From: Oopsacas minuta
Lineage: Eukaryota > Animalia > Porifera
Direction: 5' to 3'
DNA: 64,000 nucleotides
Assembly: GCA_024704765.1 (NCBI GenBank)
Contig: JAKMXF010000266.1
Coordinates: 372,001-436,000 of the forward strand
The notes beneath the pieces were generated by a model. That model worked only from the letters and a program-made list of their open reading frames with translations, was not told the origin of the DNA and did not search any database. The position numbers and the translations under genes were made by a program. The first letter of the stretch is position 1; each line of letters begins with the position of its first letter. This document shows, piece by piece, positions 1 through 13,400 of the stretch.

Positions 1-3000
1 CTGATCCTACGCAACAACAATCTCTCAGCTTTGGATGGTGTTGAAACTCTAAGACAGCTCTCTGTATTGGATTTAGGCTATAACTGTTTGGATCTGCATA
101 TGATACTCGATCGTCTCGATGCATTGCATTTCCTGCAGAACTTACAATTAATCGGAAACCCTCTATCGTACCATAAGAGACACAGACAACTGACACTATT
201 TAAATTATCTCATGCAATTGATGTGGAAACATTCATCCTTGATGACGTAACTCTGAGTATTTCTGAGACGAAAGAGTTTCTTAGAAACGTTCAATTGAAT
301 GCTAGCTATCATTCCTCCTTGAGTTCGCCATCACATCTCAATTTCTTCAGCTCCAGTTCAAGTCAATCTCATTCTTCAAGCCGAGGACGTAGAATATCTT
401 CTATTCGTACCATAGAGTTAGATGACACTGACTCACAACGGGGATCTGTGATTGAAGATTTCAGACAAATTGAAATCAGAGATAGATTAACAGCGAAAGG
501 TGTACTTCGTACTCAAATGGGACCTGCATGGTTGTCTTCGCAAGAAGAAAGTCCTCAAAGAATTACAAAGCCAGTGCATCGCTCAAAACACAAGCAAACG
601 CATCATACACTCCCTTCACCAACAAAAGCTATTCTCAATGAAGTCACTACTTCGAGCTCAAAACCAAACTCTCCAATAGTTAAAAGTAAACTAAAGGAAG
701 GGAAGGATAATTCTCTTCCAGAATCTCAACAAAGTTACCAGATAGAAGCATTTGTAGATAATTACTCACCAATGCTAGAATACCCTGACCTAGTTACGAA
801 AGAATGCCAGCGAGAAGATGAAACTTCCGCCAGAACTCCTGTTAATGTCGAGGAAGTATCAATACACAATTCTCCACATCTCATAGACGAAGAACAGTAT
901 CTAGTTTACAGTTATGACACAGACGATGAAGAATCTCAGAGAGAGCCATTTTTCATATCATTATCATGCAACAGACTTTATGAACTTAACTACGAAGGGA
1001 AATCTATTCAAGATTACGATATGAATTGTCTTGAGTCAGCCGTTCAATCTGAGAAGAGACCAAATTCTCCTACACAAAATGAAACTAGACAAATTCTTTC
1101 ATTGAAGTTCAATTATCAGAGGAGAGATATGCGGAAGAGAGAATATATATTCGAGAAAGCTCAGAATTTTGAGCTTCTCATCAAGAAATTACAAGATATC
1201 GCGATAGATAATGCAAAGCTAAATCCATTGAAGAGCACATACGAATGCTTAAAATGCAATTCTGTCTATGAGAAGACACAAATGTTGTATTCCTATCCAA
1301 TTAATGAACATTCAAACGATTCTTCACAATCTGTTATAAACTGCCCCCAATGTGGAAGCCAACAACTCACAGATGATTCTAAACTCTCCGTTAAAGATCG
1401 CGAATTGGTTGATTCAGGAACAGCTTTCGTAAGAAAAATGACCCCAGTTGAGATCCGAACATCATATCTAGACAATAGTATAGCAAGTCCAAAGACAAGC
1501 TTGACTAGCAAAGAACTAAACAGAACGAAGCGCGTAGCTATCAGCAAAAAGGAATCTTCTTACTTTTCTGAGAATAAAGTAACTAAATATCGTAAAAAGA
1601 GCATAGATGAAATTCAAGCTCCAGACGATACATTTGAATCCGATTATGAAATGGTTTTACGAAAGAAAGAATCAGCTATAGATGTCCTCTTGACTGACAA
1701 TCAATCTGTATTAGAAAATGCACATAGAAATTTTGAAGCTGACAAATTAATTGACTTTTCTAATGTGAAGTCAAGTGAGAAAGTAGTAGGTAAGGGAAGC
1801 TTCCGTAGGCGAGATAAGCAACCTTACGTTCAACTCTCTGATAGTATGATTGCTAATGATGCAAGAGGACTTACCAAAACTCACATACATACTGATGACA
1901 CTACATCTAATTTTAGAAAGCCTTTTACGAGGCCAAGAGTAAACACATCTCCTTTAGAAGATCTTCAAGAAAACTCGAGCCAAAGTGACAGTGAGAGAAG
2001 GAATTCAGTTTTATCTCACGGTAGTTTCATTTTTCCATCTCGTACCAGTACGGGACCCGAAGGAATAGGACTGCCTTTCTCTTTCCATGATCCATCACAC
2101 ATACGACATGATTTCAAACTATATATCGAGGTTAAACTGTTTGAAAACCATAGTGAGGAATTTTTCTGTCAAATACGGTGTACTGCTGTACAAACTAGAA
2201 TCAGAGAAGAATTTGAATGTCTCCTAATCATATCAACACAAGCTGCATATATTTGCCAGGTAAAAGGATATGAAGAGCAATCACCCTCTGAATGGCTGTC
2301 AAAACTGGCAAGAATTTCCCTGACTAATCTGTTCTTTATTGATATCGGCCTGCATGCTCAAACTATACAGCTTGAATTTAATCGTGTCAAGAATGGATCT
2401 TTTGTTTTCGTTACTAGAGATACCTTACGAACAAAGATATTTGTAGCATCACTATCTGGATACGTTGCGAAGCTAAAAAATGGTAATCTTCAGAGGGTAG
2501 GAAACGACCTTCAAACAATACCAAACTTTAGAGCTAGTATAATTGGCAATGAATCAGGAATTTTCTCAGAAAAATTCGTTCTCGGACTTCGATTCTACGA
2601 AATTATAAGGTACACATCCGATCTCATTAAGACACACAGATTCAACAAACGAACAGTGCATAACACAATTAATGGAGCAAAATTAGTGGACTTTCTTATT
2701 CAGCGTGGAGAAGTCTCCACAATTGAAGAGGCTTGCATTATTCTACAAATTTACATTGACTGTAAGATACTGAATCCTGTTGAGCTATCCTTTGAGCCTT
2801 TTAACCCTGAAAGAAATGTTTATTATAGATTCTTTATTGACGAGCTAGACCCTCAAAGTAGCAGTATTAATCGTAGTGACATACAAATGTTGAATGAAAT
2901 TGAAGAACTCGAAGTATACTGTTTATTGTATCAATTGGAATACAAGCTATCCAATCCCTTACCCGAAAAGAAAACCATTGGCCTCGCAATCACTGAAGAT

Positions 3001-3336
3001 AATCTATACCTAATCAACCAAAACTTTCAATGGCCACTACCGAGGCTACAACCTCCTCCACAATTAGGTATAAGATGGCGACAATTCGAGTTACAAGATA
3101 AACGGCGATTAACGGATATAGAAAAGATAATTATAAACAGCATTTCACAAAATATCGTAATTGTCTTTTCAACTGAGAGTATTACTGATAGCCCACATTA
3201 TCATGAGTGGAACCTCTGCACTGAATCCAGCCGTATGGCTGAACAGATTGTATCTACCATTAAGACTACATGGGAAAAGCAATACAACATTGAACTTAAT
3301 ATCCTTGTTACTGACAAATTGGATGATAACCTTTAA
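1..3336 (+). CDS. STK11IP: STK11-interacting protein (LIP1)-like, 5' truncated by the window edge; LRRs, C2C2 zinc-ribbon-like motif, PH-like domains and an inserted DEP domain
   Basis: Frame is open from base 1 (LILRNNNLSALDGVETL). LRR end and cap LDLGYNCL...LQLIGNPLSYHKRHR match STK11IP. ECLKC...CPQCGS and the C-terminal FFCQIRC and LAITEDNLYL segments follow the STK11IP layout. No intron is needed within the window. Confidence 0.8.
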   Translation: MILRNNNLSALDGVETLRQLSVLDLGYNCLDLHMILDRLDALHFLQNLQLIGNPLSYHKRHRQLTLFKLSHAIDVETFILDDVTLSISETKEFLRNVQLNASYHSSLSSPSHLNFFSSSSSQSHSSSRGRRISSIRTIELDDTDSQRGSVIEDFRQIEIRDRLTAKGVLRTQMGPAWLSSQEESPQRITKPVHRSKHKQTHHTLPSPTKAILNEVTTSSSKPNSPIVKSKLKEGKDNSLPESQQSYQIEAFVDNYSPMLEYPDLVTKECQREDETSARTPVNVEEVSIHNSPHLIDEEQYLVYSYDTDDEESQREPFFISLSCNRLYELNYEGKSIQDYDMNCLESAVQSEKRPNSPTQNETRQILSLKFNYQRRDMRKREYIFEKAQNFELLIKKLQDIAIDNAKLNPLKSTYECLKCNSVYEKTQMLYSYPINEHSNDSSQSVINCPQCGSQQLTDDSKLSVKDRELVDSGTAFVRKMTPVEIRTSYLDNSIASPKTSLTSKELNRTKRVAISKKESSYFSENKVTKYRKKSIDEIQAPDDTFESDYEMVLRKKESAIDVLLTDNQSVLENAHRNFEADKLIDFSNVKSSEKVVGKGSFRRRDKQPYVQLSDSMIANDARGLTKTHIHTDDTTSNFRKPFTRPRVNTSPLEDLQENSSQSDSERRNSVLSHGSFIFPSRTSTGPEGIGLPFSFHDPSHIRHDFKLYIEVKLFENHSEEFFCQIRCTAVQTRIREEFECLLIISTQAAYICQVKGYEEQSPSEWLSKLARISLTNLFFIDIGLHAQTIQLEFNRVKNGSFVFVTRDTLRTKIFVASLSGYVAKLKNGNLQRVGNDLQTIPNFRASIIGNESGIFSEKFVLGLRFYEIIRYTSDLIKTHRFNKRTVHNTINGAKLVDFLIQRGEVSTIEEACIILQIYIDCKILNPVELSFEPFNPERNVYYRFFIDELDPQSSSINRSDIQMLNEIEELEVYCLLYQLEYKLSNPLPEKKTIGLAITEDNLYLINQNFQWPLPRLQPPPQLGIRWRQFELQDKRRLTDIEKIIINSISQNIVIVFSTESITDSPHYHEWNLCTESSRMAEQIVSTIKTTWEKQYNIELNILVTDKLDDNL

Positions 3337-3896
3337 AATATATTAATATTTATTATTATTAATGCTCTCAAATAGAATTTTTCTAATTTTTGCGAATTAT
3401 TGTATACACTCAATTACTCTGGACAGACTTGTATAAATTCACATATTTTAATTAATAGTTAACTCATTAGACAATTGTTTGAAGAAATCTTTGTTAATTA
3501 ATCAGGTGCTCGAAAATTCATTTCGGATGCCTGTGCCTGTTAAGGAAATTCGAGTAATGTAAAATTCCCATAATAGGGACAATCTTGTCCAGGAATCCAT
3601 ATGTGCTACAGAAATTTACGTCTTACATACTATCTTTCATGCTAATATATATTCTTCACATATGGTTACAATTAACCAATGTGGTAATGCGGATTGTGTA
3701 ATATTACTTATAAGCTGATTCTATAATGTACTTACCTGGGACTTGTAACTTTTCCAGGCTAGACAATGACTAATAATTGCTCAAGATTTGGGTAAAATAT
3801 TCAAATATCTAGAATTTCTGAGTTTCAATGTAATTCTTCTTATACGGATTTCCAATTTCTGAGATATTAAAATATATTATCTATTTCACAATAGTA

Positions 3897-6800
3897 ATGG
3901 CAGATCGCCAGCATCCTTATCGCCGCCGTCGGTTTCAATACACCATTGAGATACTGCATGTTCCAGTACTTTACCCTCTAAGAGACCTCGAATATGATAT
4001 AAAGCAGAAATGGGCTAATTGTATTGAAGGGTGTAGGGTGATAGGAAACGATACAGATATGAGAGGTACTTATATCTTCTACATTAACTTCTCCAGTGAG
4101 TATGAAAATGAAGCTAGAAACTGTGCTGAGTTCTTAAAAAATGAGGGATACCTTACTGATGGTATGTATTTGAGAGAAAAAATTCGTGATATGGAACCCA
4201 ATCCAACAGGGAATGAAAGAGAGAGGAGAAGAGGGATGGGAATGGGGAGAGGAAGGGGAAAAGAACAGCGGACTCGTCGTTATGCAGATAGAAGCTTACC
4301 CGATGAGCCAAACCCAAATCCGATAGGACCAAATTATAACTTAGATAGTGCTCATTTCCCAGACACAGACATAGTACCGAATATTGAAATTCCTAAACCA
4401 GGCTACATCATACACGTTAATAATATCCCATCATTCGTAGATGAATATATTCTTGCAGATATGATACTGGATAACGATAAACGCGTAACTAAATTCAAAT
4501 TACGTGATGACTCTTCTAATGCTTCGTTGAAAGAGGCATTGGTCTACGTAGACAATACAGCGGGGATGATGGACCTGATCTCCAAACTAAACCACGTTAA
4601 GGTGGGAGGCAATACATTAGACGCCAAGGAGAAAAGGAAAAGTATCCCTGAACCTAATACTACTAATCTAACTGATTACATGCATCCTGACTTCAATCAA
4701 AGGCCGCGAGCAGGTCCACAATATCCCAGTTCTCATCCTCAACAGAGAGACAATGTTCAACTTACTGAGTCAGGACCAGAGATGTATACGTAAGTATGAT
4801 ATTCAAAAATCCTTTTCATTTTGAAAGTTCGGAAAGAACAAATGTTATAGTTATGCATTTTATAGGCAGAAGACTGTTGAAATGAGCAATCTCCTATACG
4901 ACTTTGTCAAAAGTAAAATGAAGACTCAAATAAATGGCTTTTGTAGAGACCGTGGAGAAATTCATTATGATAATGGTATTCTCCACCTCAAGAGCTATAA
5001 CAAGACTCAACTAGCCACAATATATACCACATTAACCACTGAGGTATTCATTTATTATTTCAGTTTTTTCTCAATTACGTGATGCTTTCTATAGGTGTGT
5101 GAACGAATACAAACATTGGGCCGTGAAGATTTTGAATTCTTAATTCACAATAAGTTTTCAGGCCAGGGTAATATTGTAGAAGAGAAATGCAACGCATATA
5201 AATCTGTTGGACAATTACAGTACTGTCTGAATTCGGTTGAGTTCAGTCTTCACGTATTTGGAATCACAGATTGTGTAAATGTTGTGCTAGACCAGATTGA
5301 AGAGGCTCTCTATTACCAGTTCTATCTGACTAGGTAACGAAATAATAATTTGAATATGCTATGTGTACATTTTTATTGTCTTCTAAGGATCCACTTGACG
5401 AATTTTCATATGGTTATTCTATAAATATATATTGAACTATGCTGCGTTAAAAAATAATCATTGAAGCCTTGATTTTGTGTATGTTTTACATAAATATGTA
5501 GAAACAGAGATTATGAGTTACTCTTATGTAGCCCAATGGATATCTACATATCTGTGTTTCCTGGAGTTATTCAAGAAATCATTGGTACATCTGGCTATCT
5601 AAAAGACACCAGAATTACTATCAAACATAACGTTGAGTTGCTAGTGTGTAAACGTATTCGTGAAGAGATTAGGAGAGTCCAGAATGCGATTATCTGTGAT
5701 CCTTGTAGGAGTTTTCCTTTTGAAATGATTAAAAGTGGGCTGAAATTTTGTAAGAAAAATAATCTTAGAGTTGCAATCATTTACAAAGATTCCAATGGAA
5801 TGTTGTATAAGAGATACCAACAAGACACTGTGGTAAATTTGTGTGGAAATAAAGCTCAAATCTTAGAAGCGAATCAAGCTTTTTCGGCTCCAATTTCTTG
5901 TAAAATTCCAGCGACGAAAAAAGGTTTGGACGTGATCACACAGAGGTGTTCACGGGGCAGTCCGTCTCTTATAAAGAATCTGGAAAATGAACTCACTGTT
6001 TACATTAAATTGCTCCCAAACTCTGTTGATGTAATAGGATTCATCAAGGAGGATATTGACAGCGCTCATGCCCGTATAATTCAAGCTTTTGAAAATGTGG
6101 AACTGTTCATGTCTCATATCATTGAGAAATATCAGGTCATTGTCTACTATAACCTAAAATACTACTTTATGCTTCATGATGGACCTGTTTTTTGTAGATA
6201 GTTTTCTTGCTTGAAGCAACTTCTTTTGATGTTCAATGGACTATGGATATAATAAGTGAGTTTCAGTTAGACTATGAAGTAGAACTTGTGGCGATGAAGT
6301 ATGACTACAAGGTGAAAGGAAGCCAGAAAGCCCTTCAAAAGATTGAAAATGAGCACATACAGATACGCGCTATCTTCAAAGACATAATTCTACACAAGTG
6401 TACTTCCATTCAATTTGATAAAATATCCAGCAATTTCATTACTACTTTGCTGGAGAATTTCTTTCAATACCAATTTCAAAACGAAAATATGTTTATTTCT
6501 TATAATTGGGAAATTCAACCCAAACCTAATAACCTAGATGTGTATATGGAGATTATTGGTAGAAGTTCTGACGTAAATATATTGTCTTCCAAGATCAAAG
6601 TTTGTTAATTACACTCTTAATAATGTTGGTAATTCTTGTATGTAATATAATTTTCCTTTTCAGAGTATAAAGCCTTCATCAGGGAAATTGAGAGAGAAAT
6701 TCGGACCAAGGGAGTTACAGCAATTGGAAGTACTAGGATCAATCTTTCTTAAGATTACATCGAGTGAATTTGTTTGTTTTAAACCATTTTTGAACCAAAT

Positions 6801-9800
6801 AGAGTATCATTCACTTGGTATTAGTACCAAGAAGCCATGGAATATCTTCGATTCAATAATGTCTGACCAGGAGGTAATACGTACAATGCCAATTTCGCCA
6901 TCAACTTTGTATTTTTTGCGTTCCAAAAAGCTCTTAAAAGAATGTGAAAGTATGTGTCATTGTACGATAGTTGAAGAGCCTAAAGAACGAAGTCCAAATG
7001 ATAGGACTAGAAGACAACAATTCCAAGGCGAGAGGAATAATCTCACAGTGATAGGCAAGCATGCTGATGTTAAAGCGGCCACGGATAAATTGAAGAATTG
7101 GAATGAGAAGTTTATCACCAAATCTGTTTCAAAAAGTATCCGTGTTAAACTGAAATATTTCTTCTCTACGGAGTTGGAAAGTTTTAAGAAAGATATTGAA
7201 AATGACCAGATGATAATTATTGATATTCGTGATGCAAAAAAGAAATTACTAGCCAAGTCTAATGAGAATGAAGATGAAATAGAGTTTTCCATTCGAATAG
7301 AGACATTGGATAAACCCTTATGTGAACAATATACTGATATGGTAGAAGAACAACTTAAATTTGTGAGGTCGGATGAATTTCCTCTGTCAGATCGTCAGTT
7401 AACGTTGTTATTGACTGCTTGTAAAGATCAAGTTATCCCAAAGAATAAACATTTTTATGTGGAAATTGAGCATAAGCAGCGAAGGACAGGATCTGCTAGG
7501 ATAATAGCAATCCAGCATTTTAGAGACGCGCTTACGAAAGGCATTGAAGCAACGTCACCATACATACAGATTCAAGATAAATTGTACTCGCCACCAGTTT
7601 TCCTTCAAGAACTACTCTTCAACTACAGAAAGTACACAGAAGCGATGAATATTAACGCCAATACTTTAGGAGTTGAGTGTTCAAGACCTCAATCTTATAA
7701 GGGCAGGTACAAGCTTTCAGGTAACCCTGAAGCTATACAGAAAATGATATTTAACTTGAAAAACTTTGAGTCTAGTTTTGTTAGCCAATGTGACCAAACT
7801 GAGTTTGAAATCAATCTTCCACTCAAAGAGTTGAAACACGATGCGAGTTTTACAAATCTCGAGCGTGATATGGCGAAGAATTGTAACGTTAAGATATTCA
7901 TGTGTGGAGATCTACCATACGATCTAGAAAGTGAGATAAAATTCGATTTGGATGGAATATCCTCTAACTGGGATACGCCAAGTTCAGCCAATCGGAAGCT
8001 TTGTACTTATTTCTACTCCAATATTACAATTGAAGTGATGAAAGGTGACATAACAACACTTGAGGTATCTTGTATTGTAAATGCAGCTAATGAGAGGTTA
8101 GAACATGATGGTGGCGTTGCAAAGGCCATAAGCAATGCGGGTGGACCAACTATCCAGAAGGGATGTACTAGATATATTCTGGAAAAGGGAAATCTTAGTG
8201 TAGGAGGCGGTGTACTACAAGGACCAGGAAATCTCTTATGTAATAAAGTAATACATATTTCTTCTGCATTATGGGACCCAATGAATCGGCAAAGATGTAT
8301 AAATGATTTGAAAAGTTGCATTGAGACTGTCTTCAAGCTTTGTGAGACCCATAAGCTTCCTTCTATTGCATTTCCTGGTATATCAACTGGAAATTATGGG
8401 TTTCCTGCTGCTGTAAGTACAAAAGCAGTTATACAAGAGTGTAAAGATTATATCGATAATCATACCGAAACTCAAATACAACGGTTGATATTTATAGATA
8501 TAAGTGACAATATTGCTAAGAGTTATAATACAGACTGTCAGCGATTATTCCGTGAAGTTACTACGATTAATCCCTTTGAAGATAAACTAGCTAGTTCCTT
8601 TTACCCGAGGTTTTCTCGTTTAGGCCAAGCAACTCCAACTGATCGAACACTGTCACAAACAGGAAACTCAAATATTAGCTCAGGGAGTAATCAATACGAA
8701 TTTTTTTGGAAAGAAAATGACAATAAATTCTATCTTTACGATTCAAAATATCAGGAAATACTCAATACAGCATACAAATTGAACCCGTTGGGTAATGTGA
8801 CTTTCACAAGAGGAAGCTATAAATACACTGTAGACTTCTCCACCTTACAACAGACGAATCTTTCCACCAATATAAACCGAACCATTCAAATTAAATCAAT
8901 AGTCGACCCAGATAGTACTCCTTTACCTAAACCACCTCCTGCATCAATTCAAAGTGATGAGTCCGAACTACATTGTTATTGGTACTTTTTCAGCGATCTT
9001 AATCAATGGAAATCATATTCCCACGACATAACCAGGAAACTCTCCGATGCTTACTTAAACAACCAGAAGGGGAGTGTTGTAATCTCACAAGGTGCTTCTA
9101 ATTATGAAATAGATTTCACTACCATGACACAGACTAATCAAGAGACCGGCACTGTTCGTAAGATTAAAGTAGATAAGGATAAGCTTGAAACTGCCATGGG
9201 GAAGCTAGCGATTACTTCTGGTGAGAATGTTGTACTATTCGGTATTCGAGAAAATATCGTTTTGGCTAAAAACAAATTGTCTCATTTTATCAGAACTAAA
9301 TCAAAATCAAAACAGCTTGATATCCATGGTATACCTAAGACTGTAATGATTTCCACTATAATTAAACTGAAGCAAGGCTATCCTCATGTCAAAGTCGAGG
9401 TTAAAGATAAAGGAGAAGATTACGTCATTAAGTTAAATGGGTTTGCTGAGCATGTTAACATTGTGGATACCACATTGAGAGATGTGTACATTAAATGTTT
9501 GGAAGATATCACAAGGCAAGATCGTGCTTCTCAAGTTACCATTCCAACACATTGGAAGGCCCATGCACAAAATGAAATGAGCATTATAGTTCCACTAGCT
9601 AACGGTTGTGCTGAATGGATTGAAGTAGCTGCCAAGTTTAATGCAACTTCGAGGTGCATTATTAAAACTATTGACCGTATACAGAATAAGTGGTTATGGA
9701 GGAAATATCAACAAACAAGAGATGGTTTCAAAGCTATTGAACAAAATGAAAACGAATTAACTGTTTTCCATGGCACAAGTGCAACAGATCCCGAATTAAT

Positions 9801-10146
9801 CTATAAAGGCGCTGAAGGTTTTGATTTCAGACATTCTAATATAGGTATGTGGGGTAAAGCGAATTACTTTGCTGTGAATGCCAGTTTTTGTGAATCCTAT
9901 CAATACACTGACCCAACCACGAACTCAAAAATGATATTACAAGTGAAGTTGTTAGCTGGCAATGTAGCACATTTACCATCAAAAAGTTCACTTACGATGC
10001 CACCCCCACTTCCCAACTTTATGAAGCAACAATTTGTTGGTCAGAGATACGATACTGTATCTGGAGATCACACAGCAGGCTCAAAGGTATACATGGTGTA
10101 CACGAATGAGAGGGCCTATCCTGAATATCTCATTACTTACTCTTAG
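3897..10146 (+). CDS. PARP14: PARP14/PARP9-family macro-PARP, about 1942 aa: RRM-like and KH-like N-terminus, one macrodomain, two WWE domains, ART catalytic domain
   Basis: Exons 3897-4789, 4866-5043, 5095-5333, 5502-6135, 6198-6599, 6664-10146. All introns are GT-AG and phase-compatible; total 5829 nt. Macro motifs KGDIT, NAANERLEHDGGVAKAI, AFPGISTGNYGFP. WWE motifs FFWKEND...YTVDFSTLQQTN and WYFFSD...YEIDFTTMTQTN. ART motifs VFHGTS, GKANYFA, AYPEYLITY. The symbol denotes the family, not proven orthology. Confidence 0.85.
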
Positions 10147-10422
10147 AGTGTTTAGATAACATTTGTGAATTGACTAATCTCCATAAATGTCATACTATAG
10201 GTATTCAACTATGAATTTCCAGTGAATTTCGTCAAATGTTCGAAATGTTTTTGTTCACACTTAAGTGTTAGTTTTGGGCCTTTATATATCTACACAACTA
10301 TATTTCTATACTATGTATTTACTTAATTATTAATTCGTGTTTTGTTTATTATTTTAGATACTATAATTCTTAAATTTTATTCCACAATTGTAAATTCCAA
10401 GATTTGTAGATAAAAAGTTAGA

Positions 10423-13400
10423 ATGGCTGGCGGTAGAAGATCTATCCAGAAAGAACTAGCACTTATTAAGAATAGACCTACTGCGATGGAATTAACTGAT
10501 AGCAAAAGTAAATTAGAGGTAGTTACGTCTAAAACTGAAGCAGTCAAAAAGCCTGATGAAGACTCAAGTTCTAGTGAAGACGAATCGAAAAGCAACATGC
10601 AAGAATGTATCAACAAACTTGAAGAGAAGAGTTAGTATCAATTTTATTACCAATAATTAAAGTAATTAGTAAACTTACTTGCTATTCCACCCCTAATAGA
10701 TCAAATGCTAGAAGAAGAATTGACAAGAATTCAAAGACTAACAACAGCGTGAGTTGTAGACATTTATATATCGTAAAATACTTGGCCTATTACACCTTTT
10801 TCCCAACTTCTAATTAAGTTATTGGTATGAAGTATGTTGTTATTGGTAACTAAGGGATCTCTCGAATATTCTTTTGATTAGATTTTACATAGCAATGTTA
10901 TTTGTGTATTCATATATTGTGTTTATTTAATCCTAAAGGTGACTGATCATGATTAGTGTATTATTTAAATAGTTCTAGTAATTCCCATGTCATGGTTACT
11001 AAAATTAGTTACTCAGTAATTATACAATTTCTTCAGATGTGTGGTTTAATTATCAAATCACTGAGATTCTGATTAAAATAATAATGAGAAATTAATGGTT
11101 GCTTTGGCTATTAGTGATACTAATTTCATTATAATGAAGTGATTCTCTACCCTATAGCTTGAATGTAATTGATTTTACTCCGCTTATAACTTAATGAATC
11201 CGAGGTCAGAGCACTTCGTTATATCGAAAGTTTACTGTATTACAAATTTTGCATTAATATTTATTGTTTTAATATATTGACAATTCTATTGCAGGCTACC
11301 CAACTCACTATTGACTGTTATATTTCCAAGCACTCAACATTCCAAGTAAGTTGAAATGCAACTTATTTTTGCAACATTTGTCAATAGCGTATACTTCTAC
11401 TAATACAGTAGACTTCACTTAATGAGTAGAGCCACTGGTTACTCGGGTCACTTGCACTTGGCCAGAATTCCCAGAAACCGAACCATACAATTAGTGTTAA
11501 TTTACTTCGGTTAATCAGGCCAACACCTTTATTCCACTTAATCGGGTCAAAATGGTTTGGTCACGATGTAACCCTATTAATCGGAGTCTATTGTATTTCA
11601 CTAGCTCTTTAAAAGAGGAGCTAAATGCTATTATTCAAGAGTTCTGTAATCGAAAACGTGAAGAGTTAAATTCCAAAGGAGAAACTCAAACATCTACTGA
11701 TCAGGTTAATTAACCATTAGAGATTACACCCAGATTTATTTCTATACAAATGATCTGATCTAGGTTATGAGTTCTGTTGAGTTTAATGACCTGTATTCTA
11801 TGGAGAGATATCCAGACGCTGTCCCAGAGACTGTGCCGACTACCCAGACCAAATTTCCAAAGTAGTTTCTTAAGTTCTATGGAATATTTGTGCTTATTAA
11901 CTGAAAAATATTGTAGGTATTCTCAAGTTTATAACCGAATAGTTGAGCCCAAGAGTAACAAACCGTCTCAAACGAATTCCTATGAAAACCTTGTTAAACC
12001 TCTAATCAAGTAATTTCCTTTGTACTATTATCCCGTCAAATATTTATTCAATCAACTCTGGCATAGATTGGATTCCTTCACTCGACCTACTCGCTCTTGT
12101 TTCAATTGTGGAGGAAACCACACAGTCAGTGATTGTAAAGAGGTATAAACTGCGAGAATCATAAATATGTTAGCTAAATATTTACATGGCAGTTTTTGGT
12201 TAGGTTAAAGACTTTAGAAAGGTCCGAGCTAACAAACAGGAATTTTTCAATTCTCAAGGGTTTGTTAAATTACAAGCATTTATTCGGATGTGTTGCCTTT
12301 TTCAAAAAATCATATTCCCCAATAGTAATAGTGATCTGCAACAAGAAAGTAGAAATCATAACTCCTATGATAGGTCAAGGTAATGTTCTCTTTCACGCAA
12401 TTTAAAAACCAGGAATCCATTCGGGCCATTGAATCGATTTATATGTATGTACTAAGTATACTTTTCTGCATTTTCATGAGGTGAAAATACACCGTATAGA
12501 TGTATAGAGTTATTTCATATATATTTGGATATTTGCCATTTGCTCTTACGTGTACGTAGCTCAGAGAAAAGGTCTTATAATAGACGAAATGAATATCAAC
12601 GCTACCCAACCAGTCCGAATCAGAGAGATAGAGTGCCTTATTATAGAAATAGTTCTGATATCATGAGTCGTGAGGATACTTATTCTAGTTCATATTACTG
12701 TAAGGCAGAAATTGATTTCATGACTTTTATGACTTTTATTAATGGAATTTCTAGCTAGAGAGAATTCTCGCGATAGAGATGGACGTGCTTGTAAGATTGA
12801 AACCATTTCAACTATTAATATTCATGCAATACACGGAAAATCTGTAATTAATTAATAGATATGTATATTTAATAGATTACAATTCGAAGAATCACTCGAG
12901 TTATTATAATGACAACAAGGTAATACATTTGTATATGGTGAATTCCACAGAATTCTGTTACAATTAAAGGCAAATTTCTTAGGACAGTAGAAGTATGTAT
13001 CACGGCAGCAGATCAGACCGTGATGTACACGTTTGTATGTCTTCGGTAATTTTTACTCTATCCCAGCTGGTAACTGTGAATTATTCTGTTTATACCTTAC
13101 AATATTATAGACTCCATCAAAAGGATCACCTAGAGATATACGAATGTTAGATTATCGCGGTAAGGTTGAATATAGCAGCACATACGGTGATATGGAGTTA
13201 TCAGATCAAGAACTAGGTATTTGGTAATACTGTATGACGTCATAATATCAACCCTGTACAGTCAACTCCCGTTGCATATATGGTCCCAACCGTCAAAGTA
13301 ACAGGAATTTTCATTGGTTATATCGAACTCCGCTTATATCTAAGTAATTATTACTGTTTCTGAGCTTAGATATAATGGGAGTTGACTGTGTACTTATTTA

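Noticed and set aside
3540-3780. NF-kB-like motifs (GGAAATTC, AAATTCCC) upstream of the PARP gene
   Set aside because: None matches GGGRNWYYCC fully, and such matches are expected by chance.
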